From: Ignavibacteriales bacterium
GTDB lineage: Bacteria > Bacteroidota > Ignavibacteria > UBA10030 > UBA6906
Length of the DNA: 64,000 nucleotides
Reading direction: 5' to 3'
Assembly (NCBI GenBank): GCA_037441705.1
Contig: JBBIRR010000001.1
Coordinates: 141,919-205,918 of the forward strand
Shown here in pieces: positions 37,516-46,065 of the stretch (positions are counted from its first letter, which is position 1; each line of letters begins with the position of its first letter). The translations under genes were made by a program, and so were the position numbers. The notes beneath the pieces were generated by a model. That model ran no database searches, was not told where the DNA came from, and saw only the letters and a program-made list of their open reading frames with translations.

Positions 37516-40191
37516 TCATCGAACGAGAACAAGCTTACGTGTGGCAACGAAACTGCCTGCTCGGAGACGATAGTAGTATACACCGCTGGCAAGCCCGTCA
37601 CCATGAAAAACCACTTGATGATACCCGGCTTCCTGATGCTGCGCCACGAGGCGTGCCACCTCACGGCCGAGGCCATCATAGACAACCAGCGAAACGACGC
37701 TTGCGCGCGGCAGACCGAACCGAATGAGCGTTGTCGGGTTTGCCGGATTGGGATAGTTTTGCAGCAGTTCGAATGCCTTCGGTGTTTCTGCAGCCTCGGC
37801 CACGTCAGTCAGATGAACACGAAAGTTCCGCACCTCACCGAACTGGCCCCATCCTGCTTCGTTCCTCGCTCGCACCCTCCACCAATAACTTCTCGAGTTG
37901 GCAAGTTGCCGCGCAGTCGTTGTCGTATCAACCAGCAAGGAGTCGACAAGCGGCGAAGAGAAGAGCGAGTCTGTGGCCAGTTCAAGCCAGTAGCGCACAA
38001 CGTCCGGCCGACTTTGACGCCAGATGAGACGGACCGTGTCCGTACCGATCAGCGCATTGGGCGCAGGCGAAACCAGCGCCACCGGCTCGGGCAGCTGAAC
38101 GAGCGTCCGGAAACTCCAGCGATCCGACCACGGACTTGTCCCACCGGCGTTCGTTGCATTAACCCTCCAGTAGTACCACTGGCCGCGCTGCAATCCTGCA
38201 ACCGTGCGAGCTGTGTCGCTCAACGTGGAGTCATCGACCTCGAGCGCCGTGAACAGCGAATCGGCCGCCACCTGAAGGCGATACCGATCAGCCTCCGCGC
38301 TTCGATGCCAGACGACAGGAAGCGTCGTCGGGTGACCGACAGAGAGATTGGCCGGTGAAAGCAATTGCGGCGCAAGGGGCGCTGCAAGGACGGTCATGAA
38401 ATTCCACCACGGACTGAATTCTCCCCACCCCATATCGTTCCTCGCACGTGCGCGCCAGTAGTAGCGCGTGTTGTTCGCCAGTTGGCTCACAGTCGTGGTC
38501 GTGTCGGTGAGAGATGTATCTCGCACGGCAGGCTGCGCGCTCGTGTCGGTTGAAAGCTCAAACCAGTATCCGCTTACGTTCATTGGTCCATCACTCTCCC
38601 ACCATAGTTTTTTTGTTGGTGAAATGACGGACGTTTGGTCCGCGCCGCGATGCCACATGAACGTCACGCTCGTCGGCTGGTTCAGAGCATTGTTGGGAGG
38701 GCTGAGCAAAGCAACCTGCATCGGAACGCCAAGCGTCTTGAAGCTCCGCCATGGAGAAAACGCGCTGGTGCCCGCGCCGTTCCTCGCATTCACCTTCCAA
38801 TAGTACCACGTCAACGGCTGAAGATTCTCCAGTTGATAGGTCGTGTCGGTGATCAGCGAATCATTGACAACGAGTTGGATGAACGACGTGTCGAGTGCAA
38901 CCAGCACGCCATAGCTCGAGGCGGTGGACGACGTGCGCCAGAGAAGTGCTGTTGACGGTGGGTGACCGACGGACCCATTCAGCGGCGACACAAGCTCCGG
39001 GGCACTCGGCGGCAGAATCGGAACGCTGTCCAGCGGATTGAAGAAGTTCCCCGTCTGCAGGAACAGGGTGAGCGTTCTGAGGCTCCAGTTGTAGTAGTTG
39101 CCGTTCACAAAGGGCGGGACGGTTGCGACGTTATCGTCGTAGGCCGAATCGCAAAATGCCTGATACGCCGGAGTGGTCCCCATCGAGCCGGCGGCAAACG
39201 GCCCGACGAACACGTTGATGTGCTGCTGCCCGATGGGAGTGCCGTCAAGGTAGTATCCCTCGCGGATATTGACTGAACCAATCCCGCGTGCGAAGTCGGA
39301 TATTTTTTGCAGGAACACTCTCGCCCGGTTGTCGCCAAACCACACGTAGTCAACGGCAATGCGCCAGGGCGTGCGGGTCGCGTCGTAGTAATAATAGTAG
39401 GCGAACCCGGGTGCCGGCTGCCCGCTCGCCTGACACCAGTCGGGCACGAGACCGGTGTTGACATGCGCGGCGCGCTGGAGAATCTCATAACACTTCGTCA
39501 CAACGCTATCCCATCCCGGATTGCCCGTGACGGCACGAAAGGCTCGATAGTACGCAGGAGCAAAGTAGGATGGATTGAGAACGTGCGACCCGCCCCAGTA
39601 ATCGCCGGGCTTCAGCACGTACGTGTTGGGTTCAACTTCGTACTGGTAGATGCGATTGATTTGGGTGATTGCATGCTGAAGATAATTGATCGCGCCGGTA
39701 CTGCCCCACTGCTTATGTGCCAGCAGCAAAGCAAAGGCAGCATCTTCATCGGCGTCGGTTGCTCCGCCATCACCCAGAATCTGACCGCAATTACTGCCGA
39801 TCCACCAGTGCATCATGCCGCGCGGGTCCATGTGCGCCATGTAGTAACGCCACAGATCATCGAACAACGCGCGATCGTTGTAGTTCACCGACAGCAGCAT
39901 GCCGTAGGCAATCCCCTCCGAGTACGTCGAACTCATATCATTGAAGAGCACGCGGCGGTACCCGCATGCCCCGCTGGTGGTCACATAGTTGTTTTTCCAG
40001 GCAAGGTACGACGATTCGGCAGGAACATGGCTTCGCGCGGTGGGCATGATGCCGTACGGGTACGTGGTGTTCTGGGGAAAGGGGTATCGCGCCTGCGCGT
40101 GTGCCGGCTCTACAGCGATGAAGCAGAGAAGCACAGCCTTGCATGCCGCAAGCAGTATTACGTCCGACGCGCGCGTAGGTTCACCTCTCAT
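37516..40191 (-). CDS. Secreted GH8 glycoside hydrolase with about five FN3-like repeats and T9SS (Por) C-terminal sorting domain
   Basis: Signal peptide. GH8 signature ATDADEDAAFALLLAHKQW and TYSEGIAYGML. Repeated P.L.SP.N...YYW.V.A.N..G.S.FS modules. C-terminus LLQNYPNPANPTTLIRFGLP...VYDGLGREV...SGVYYYRLRAGSFVATRKLVLVR matches the Por_Secre_tail consensus. Confidence 0.85.
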   Translation of the reverse strand: MRGEPTRASDVILLAACKAVLLCFIAVEPAHAQARYPFPQNTTYPYGIMPTARSHVPAESSYLAWKNNYVTTSGACGYRRVLFNDMSSTYSEGIAYGMLLSVNYNDRALFDDLWRYYMAHMDPRGMMHWWIGSNCGQILGDGGATDADEDAAFALLLAHKQWGSTGAINYLQHAITQINRIYQYEVEPNTYVLKPGDYWGGSHVLNPSYFAPAYYRAFRAVTGNPGWDSVVTKCYEILQRAAHVNTGLVPDWCQASGQPAPGFAYYYYYDATRTPWRIAVDYVWFGDNRARVFLQKISDFARGIGSVNIREGYYLDGTPIGQQHINVFVGPFAAGSMGTTPAYQAFCDSAYDDNVATVPPFVNGNYYNWSLRTLTLFLQTGNFFNPLDSVPILPPSAPELVSPLNGSVGHPPSTALLWRTSSTASSYGVLVALDTSFIQLVVNDSLITDTTYQLENLQPLTWYYWKVNARNGAGTSAFSPWRSFKTLGVPMQVALLSPPNNALNQPTSVTFMWHRGADQTSVISPTKKLWWESDGPMNVSGYWFELSTDTSAQPAVRDTSLTDTTTTVSQLANNTRYYWRARARNDMGWGEFSPWWNFMTVLAAPLAPQLLSPANLSVGHPTTLPVVWHRSAEADRYRLQVAADSLFTALEVDDSTLSDTARTVAGLQRGQWYYWRVNATNAGGTSPWSDRWSFRTLVQLPEPVALVSPAPNALIGTDTVRLIWRQSRPDVVRYWLELATDSLFSSPLVDSLLVDTTTTARQLANSRSYWWRVRARNEAGWGQFGEVRNFRVHLTDVAEAAETPKAFELLQNYPNPANPTTLIRFGLPRASVVSLVVYDGLGREVARLVAQHQEAGYHQVVFHGDGLASGVYYYRLRAGSFVATRKLVLVR

Positions 40192-40335
40192 TCGTGATTG
40201 TGTACAATGCCGGCGAGTGTGGGAAAATCATCGGCTGCAACCGGCACAGGACCCCTCAATGCAGTGACCGTCTCGGAGGGAATATACGTGAGTCCATCAC
40301 CGTAGTCAAGTTTCTGCGCTGCGAACGCTCGGCCC

Positions 40336-41514
40336 TTACGGGCGTGGATTTCGTGGCCTAAATTCAGCGACGCGCTTGCGAGAAAAGCCGAAGGAATTCT
40401 TGATGATGGCCACGATTCGCTGTGCCGCTTTCCCATCGCCGTAGGGGTTGACAGCGTTTGCCATCCTGCGGTACTCACGCTGATCGTTCAGCAGTACAGT
40501 TGCTGCGCGGAAAATTCGCTCTTCGTTCAGCCCTACCAGACGTGCCGTACCGAATTGAATGGCCTCAGGACGCTCTGTCACCTCTCTCAGCACCAGCACC
40601 GGCTTTCCCAGCGCCGGCGCCTCTTCCTGTATCCCGCCTGAATCGGTGATGATCAGATGAGCCTTCGCCATGAGATGGATGAATTCCAGATAGCCCAACG
40701 GCTCCAGAAGGCAGACGTTGGAGAGGCCGCCGAGAATCGGAACAACAACCTCGCGCACGACCGGATTGAGATGAACCGGAAAGACGAAGAGGTCCTCCGG
40801 ATGACGCGACGCGAGCTTTTTCACTGCACGGCATGCGCCGCGCATCGGTTCCCCCCAATTCTCACGCCGGTGCATGGTCAAGAGAACAATCCGACGCGGC
40901 AATTGCATGATACGTGCAACGGTCCGTGCATGCGGCTTGAAGGGCCGTTGAAGCGCAATCCGTAGCGCGTCGATGACAGTATTGCCGGTGACAAAAATCC
41001 GCTCGGGTGGATAATGCTCGGCGAGCAGTGCGTCCTTTGCCGCTTGCGTCGGGGCGAAGTGCAGGTCGGTCACCGAACTTGTAAGCCTGCGGTTGATTTC
41101 TTCCGGAAACGGATGCGCCTTGTCGTTCGTTCGTAAGCCGGCCTCAACATGTCCAACGGGAATGCGGCGATAGAAGGCCGCCAGGCTTCCCACGAACGTC
41201 GTGGTCGTATCCCCCTGGACGAGAACCATGTCCGGCTGTTCCTTTTCCAGAACGGCATCCAGGGCCGACATCGTTCTGCTGGTGAGCGTCGCAAGAGATT
41301 GCCGCGGCTGCATCAGGTTCAAATCGTGTTCGGGCCTGATGGCAAATACGTCCAACACCTGATCAAGCATGTGGCGGTGCTGCGCGGTCGCAATCGTTAC
41401 CACACGAAACAACCGCGCTTGGTTCCTGAGGGCGAGAATGACGGGAGCTAATTTGATGGTATCCGGGCGCGTGCCGAAAATGACTGCAATGCGTTTGCGC
41501 TGTTTCCGTTTCAT
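40336..41514 (-). CDS. wecB: UDP-N-acetylglucosamine 2-epimerase (non-hydrolysing)
   Basis: IAVIFGTRPDTIKLAPV...HVEAGLRTNDKAHPFPEEINRRL...GNTVIDAL. Start at ATG 41514; the upstream extension translates a tandem DNA repeat (HHFNHHFN) and is rejected. Confidence 0.85.
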   Translation of the reverse strand: MKRKQRKRIAVIFGTRPDTIKLAPVILALRNQARLFRVVTIATAQHRHMLDQVLDVFAIRPEHDLNLMQPRQSLATLTSRTMSALDAVLEKEQPDMVLVQGDTTTTFVGSLAAFYRRIPVGHVEAGLRTNDKAHPFPEEINRRLTSSVTDLHFAPTQAAKDALLAEHYPPERIFVTGNTVIDALRIALQRPFKPHARTVARIMQLPRRIVLLTMHRRENWGEPMRGACRAVKKLASRHPEDLFVFPVHLNPVVREVVVPILGGLSNVCLLEPLGYLEFIHLMAKAHLIITDSGGIQEEAPALGKPVLVLREVTERPEAIQFGTARLVGLNEERIFRAATVLLNDQREYRRMANAVNPYGDGKAAQRIVAIIKNSFGFSRKRVAEFRPRNPRP

Positions 41515-41593
41515 GAGGTTCCGAGAGTATCCAGGCGCGGACACCAAGAAAGTACGTAATTCGGCAACGTCTTCCAACGCTCTGTGTGCTCTC

Positions 41594-41629
41594 TGGTTGA
41601 AATGATGGTTGAAATGATGGGTCAATTTC
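41594..41629. promoter_or_regulatory. Tandem 12-nt direct repeats in divergent intergenic region (candidate regulator binding sites)
   Basis: TGGTTGAAATGA occurs twice perfectly (41594-41605, 41606-41617) plus a degenerate third copy TGGGTCAATTTC. Located between the divergently transcribed wecB polysaccharide operon and the PAS histidine kinase. Confidence 0.4.
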
Positions 41630-41689
41630 TCTACATTGGCTCGGCGCTCTCCCCTGCCTCGTATTTAATTCGTCGTCCAGGTACCGACC

Positions 41690-43777
41690 ATGCGTCACAG
41701 GACAACCAAGCCTCCCCTCAAAATTGCACTGACATACGCAATCGTGGCCAGCCTCTACATCATGATCTCCGACAAGCTCGCCGGCACACTCGCCTCCACG
41801 ACCGAAGCGCTCACCGGGATCTCCCAAATCAAAGGACTGATGTTTGTCGCCCTCACCAGCCTGATGCTCTACCTGATGGTCCGGCGACTTACCAACGCCC
41901 AGCACCGCGTTCAAGAGGAATTGGTGAAGAGCAACGAACGCCTCGCGCTTATCACCTCAACGACGCCGGTCTTTCTTTTTGAGATTGATCGAACAGGAAC
42001 CATCCTTCACGCAACGAAGCCGTTCCAAGGAATACCGACGACGGATATCCTCAGCACGAACTTTTTCTCGTTCCTCCCCGAGCATCGGCGCGGAGCGCTC
42101 GCCGCGGTTATCGAAGCGACGTGCGCCACAGCGACAGCGCAGTCGTTCGAGTACACGACACGGACAGACGGACAGGAGCCGAGAACCTTTTCTCTGACGA
42201 TTGCCCCACTTCATCACAGCAACAACTCGCCTCACCTGCTGGTGACCGTCCACGACATCACCGACCAGAAACAGAAAGAGGATGCACTCCGACAATCGCA
42301 TCAACGCTTCGAGTTAGTTTCCCGCGCCTCCAACGACACCATCTGGGATTGGGATATCGTCTCGGGCAAGCTCTGGGTCAGCGACGCGTTCTTTCAAAAA
42401 TACGGCTATCCCCGAACCGCATCGCTGACGCTCAGTGATTGGGATTCACACATCCATCCGGAGGATCGCGAGCGCGTGGTGAAAAGCCGGCTCACCGCGG
42501 TGCAGCAGAGAGCAACTTCGTGGGAGGAAGAATTCCGCTTCGTGCATGCGAACGGATCAACCAGTTACGTTGTGGATCGCGGGTTTCTCGTGTTCGACGA
42601 TCAGGGCACGCCGGTGCGGATGATCTGCTCCATGGTGGATGTGACAACGTTGAAGCTCGCAGAGCTGGACCAGCGGTACTTAGCGGAAGAGCGGCAAAAG
42701 CTGCTGCATCAATTGCGCCTGCAGTTCGAGCGCATGCCGATCGGGTACGTCCTGGCCGACAGAAACTTCCGCATCGTCGAGTGGAATCCTTCCTGTGAGA
42801 AAATCTTCGGCTACACACGCGCGGAGGTGATCGGGCGGTCACCGTTCGATGTTGTGATCCCCTCCGTGCTCAAGCCCTTCATTCATGAGTTCATCGAACG
42901 GCTCAAGACGGGAAAAGAGACGCTGACCGCCATCAACGAAAATCTCACGAAAGACGGACGTACGATCCTGTGCGAATGGTTCGACACGCCGCTGTTTGAC
43001 GAGTACGGTAACTACACCGGCATGATCGCGATGGTGCAGGATATTACCGAGCGTCGGCATGCAGAGGAGGAGCTGAAGAAATCGAACATTCAGTTACGCA
43101 ACCTTTCGGCCTACTTGCAGACGGTTCGCGAGCAGGAACGTAAACACATCGCGCGCGAGATACACGATGAACTGGGCCAGGAACTGACGGCGCTGAAGAT
43201 GCAGGCAGCACTGATGCAGAAAGCGATCGCCAAGCTGGATGCAGCCGCGCCGAAGTCCGAACTTCTGGACCTCACGCACTCGCTCACCGTCATGGCCGAC
43301 ACGGCGATCAAGACCGTTCGCCGCATCGCGACAGAGCTGCGCCCCGATGTGCTGGACAAAGTGGGGCTGATCGACGCGCTGAAATGGCAGGCGCAGGAGT
43401 TCGAGAAGCGAACCGGCGTCCAGTGCATCTTTCGCTCGCGCGTGGACGAGTGGGACTTCCCCGACGACGTGGCAACGGCGCTCTTTCGGATTTTTCAGGA
43501 GGCACTCACCAACGTCTCGCGCCACGCTCGCGCAACGCGCGTTGCCGCCGAGCTTTCGCTGCGCGAGGATTGGGTGGACTTCCGCGTGGAAGATAACGGC
43601 CGAGGCATCAGCAAAGAACAGATCGAGAACACGTCGTCGCTCGGACTGATCGGCCTCGTCGAGCGCGCAAAACTCCTGGGCGGAACCGCCACGATTGTCG
43701 GCGTGCCTGGCGCGGGCACCACCATCAACGTGCATATTCCTCTCCCATCATCGAACGCGGAGAACGGACAGTCATGA
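41690..43777 (+). CDS. Membrane PAS-domain sensor histidine kinase (HisKA_3 / NarX-type)
   Basis: N-terminal TM region and three PAS-like modules. H-box HIAREIHDELGQELTALKMQ (HisKA_3 type). HATPase_c G-boxes (DNGRGI; GLIGLVERAKLLGG). Confidence 0.8.
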   Translation: MRHRTTKPPLKIALTYAIVASLYIMISDKLAGTLASTTEALTGISQIKGLMFVALTSLMLYLMVRRLTNAQHRVQEELVKSNERLALITSTTPVFLFEIDRTGTILHATKPFQGIPTTDILSTNFFSFLPEHRRGALAAVIEATCATATAQSFEYTTRTDGQEPRTFSLTIAPLHHSNNSPHLLVTVHDITDQKQKEDALRQSHQRFELVSRASNDTIWDWDIVSGKLWVSDAFFQKYGYPRTASLTLSDWDSHIHPEDRERVVKSRLTAVQQRATSWEEEFRFVHANGSTSYVVDRGFLVFDDQGTPVRMICSMVDVTTLKLAELDQRYLAEERQKLLHQLRLQFERMPIGYVLADRNFRIVEWNPSCEKIFGYTRAEVIGRSPFDVVIPSVLKPFIHEFIERLKTGKETLTAINENLTKDGRTILCEWFDTPLFDEYGNYTGMIAMVQDITERRHAEEELKKSNIQLRNLSAYLQTVREQERKHIAREIHDELGQELTALKMQAALMQKAIAKLDAAAPKSELLDLTHSLTVMADTAIKTVRRIATELRPDVLDKVGLIDALKWQAQEFEKRTGVQCIFRSRVDEWDFPDDVATALFRIFQEALTNVSRHARATRVAAELSLREDWVDFRVEDNGRGISKEQIENTSSLGLIGLVERAKLLGGTATIVGVPGAGTTINVHIPLPSSNAENGQS

Positions 43778-44406
43778 TCAAAATCCTCATCGCCGACGAC
43801 CATCCGATGGTTCGGGAGGGGCTGAAGAAGACGCTGAGCGAGGAACCGGATATCCACCTGCTGGGCGAGGCACGCAACGCACAGGAAACGCGCGCGCTGG
43901 TTGCCGAACATGACGCCGATGTGCTGGTGCTGGATATCTCGATGCCCGGCACAAGCGGCCTTTCGCTCCTGCAGGACGTCCTGCGCATGAAGAACGACCT
44001 GCGTGTGCTGATCCTGAGCATGCACCCCGAGGAACGCTTTGCCATCCGCGCACTCAAGGAAGGCGCCTCCGGTTATCTCACGAAAGAATCCGCGCCGGAG
44101 GAACTTGCGCGGGCAATCCGCAAAATTGCCGCCGGCCGACGCTACATCAGTCCCACACTTGCCGAGAAGCTCGTCGAAGAGCTTCAGTCGGATAGCACCG
44201 CTCTTCCTCATGAACTCCTCTCCGAGCGCGAGTACGAAATCTTCCTCATGATTGCCGGCGGCAAAACCGTAAGCGCTATCGCGGAGGAACTCTCGTTGAG
44301 CGTTGCGACCGTGAGCACACATCGCCGACGCATCCTCGAGAAAATGAACCTTTCGAACAACGCAGAAATCGTGCAATACGCTTACGCCAACAAGCTGATG
44401 CAGTAA
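43774..44406 (+). CDS. NarL/LuxR-family response regulator
   Basis: REC (ILIADDHPMVREG...VLVLDISMPG) plus LuxR HTH (LSEREYEIFLMIAGGKTVSAIAEELSLSVATVSTHRRRILEKM). ATGA overlap with the kinase. Confidence 0.85.
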   Translation: MIKILIADDHPMVREGLKKTLSEEPDIHLLGEARNAQETRALVAEHDADVLVLDISMPGTSGLSLLQDVLRMKNDLRVLILSMHPEERFAIRALKEGASGYLTKESAPEELARAIRKIAAGRRYISPTLAEKLVEELQSDSTALPHELLSEREYEIFLMIAGGKTVSAIAEELSLSVATVSTHRRRILEKMNLSNNAEIVQYAYANKLMQ

Positions 44407-44862
44407 GACCCGCCGCAACACGTCACCCCTGTTGGTTCCTTCTGCTGCAACGAGTTATCAGCGAAAGTATGACAGTACTTTCATACCCCCGCGAATTTTG
44501 CTTCCGTGTGTTCCATCGTATCTTTCTGTTGCCATCATCCGCGTCCGGGAGACCGCCGCGGCCCCCCGATGATGCGCAACAAAACAGTCAGGGAGAGAAA
44601 AATCTTTGCAACACAACAAGCAGCACAACACACAGGGACGAGACGGGGCCGCGCGCGCGGTTCGTATGAAGAGAATAGGTAAACTCTGTCCTCCGTTCGA
44701 TGCCTCGTACACAATCCTGAGCCGCACGGAAGCATTGTGCAGGAACGGAGCGGCCCTCTGGTTCCTCGCGCAGAGAGCAAGCAGCTCTACACAACGTCCT
44801 TCACGCAGCTTGCTCATTCCGCCCTTCCCGCCAGAAACACCATGCACGCGTAAGGAGGGGCA

Positions 44863-46065
44863 GTGAAAGACGCACGCATTCTGATTGTGGAAAACGAAGC
44901 ACCTCATGCCATGGACCTGAAGTACCGCGTCGAAACGCTCGGTTACCATGTGCTGGGGATTGTGGACACCGGAGAGAAAGCCGTTGATTTTGTCAAACGC
45001 TATCGCCCCGATTTGATTCTCATGGATGTCGGGCTGAATAGCGCAATGGATGGGGTTGCGACCGCGGCGGAAATCTGGAAGAAGACCAGGACGCCGTTCG
45101 TGTACATCACCGCGTATTCGGAAGAATCCATCGCGACCCGAACGGATGCCGTCGAGCCTTACGGTCTTGTCGGCAAGCCGTTTCATGATCGGGAGCTGCA
45201 GACGGCCATCGAAGTGGCGCTCTACAAGGCCGCGGTCGAAGCGTCGGTGCGCCGACGCGAACGGGAGCTTGAGACGATTCTCAACAGCATGCGCGACGGC
45301 GCGATCATCGTTGATCGGCACTCGCGTATTCGCTACATGAATCCCATTGCAGAACTCCTGACGGGTTGGAAAGCGAGCGAAGCAAACGGGCGCGAGCTTA
45401 GCAGCGTGCTGCGTCCGGCAGGGACGGACACGAAACAGGAGTTGTCCATCTGTCTCGGCATCGTCCTTCGTGAAGGCGGCGGCTTGACCGTCTCCAACAT
45501 CGAGTTGCTGACAAAGGATGATGCGCCCATCGTTGTGGATGCGGCGATCGCCGTGGTGCAGAATGCAACGGGCGAACTCGAAGGAGCGGCAGTGCTCCTC
45601 CAGGACGCTTCACCGCGCCTGCGTGCCGAGCGGGAGTTGGAGATGCAGCGCGCGTTCTTCCGCCAATTGTTCGAGAAGTCACCCCTGGCCATTGCCATTC
45701 TCGATCGCAACGATCGCTTCGTCGACATCAACCCGGCGTTCACCGAACTGTTTCAGTACACGCCGTCGGATGTCCGGGGGAAATGTATTGCTGATCTGCT
45801 TGTCCCGCCGGAATCCGCGAGCGAGTGGATGAACTACTCCCGTATGGTTCATGACAAAGAACGAGTGACCGCCACAGGATTACGTCGGCGGAAAGACGGA
45901 GGCATCGTTCCAGTTTCCATACATGCGATCCCCATTATGCTTTCGGACGACTCGATCGGCGTGTATGCAATTTACGGGAATGCCTCAGGGCAGGACCTCG
46001 ACGCGGCCTCGCCCTCTCGCGTTCTTACGCAGACATCACCAGAAACCATGAACGAAAGCGTATGA
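44863..46065 (+). CDS. Response-regulator receiver + two PAS domains (no recognised output domain)
   Basis: GTG start 5 nt after AAGGAGG. REC (ILIVENEAPHAMDL...LILMDVGL). PAS segments include QRAFFRQLFEKSPLAIAILDRNDRFVDINPAFTELFQY. ATGA overlap with the following kinase. Confidence 0.75.
   Translation: MKDARILIVENEAPHAMDLKYRVETLGYHVLGIVDTGEKAVDFVKRYRPDLILMDVGLNSAMDGVATAAEIWKKTRTPFVYITAYSEESIATRTDAVEPYGLVGKPFHDRELQTAIEVALYKAAVEASVRRRERELETILNSMRDGAIIVDRHSRIRYMNPIAELLTGWKASEANGRELSSVLRPAGTDTKQELSICLGIVLREGGGLTVSNIELLTKDDAPIVVDAAIAVVQNATGELEGAAVLLQDASPRLRAERELEMQRAFFRQLFEKSPLAIAILDRNDRFVDINPAFTELFQYTPSDVRGKCIADLLVPPESASEWMNYSRMVHDKERVTATGLRRRKDGGIVPVSIHAIPIMLSDDSIGVYAIYGNASGQDLDAASPSRVLTQTSPETMNESV

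Noticed and set aside
19134-41514. Idea that the polysaccharide locus is a horizontally acquired island integrated at tRNA-Pro
   Set aside because: No integrase, transposase or obvious direct-repeat att partner is present in the window. The SD usage and overlap style match the flanking core genes. Kept only as a weak possibility under the inverted-repeat finding.
41515-41625. Upstream extension of the wecB ORF (MTHHFNHHFN...)
   Set aside because: HHFNHHFN is just the translation of the tandem 12-nt DNA repeat. The conserved WecB N-terminus (IAVIFGTRPDTIKLAPV) follows ATG 41514.
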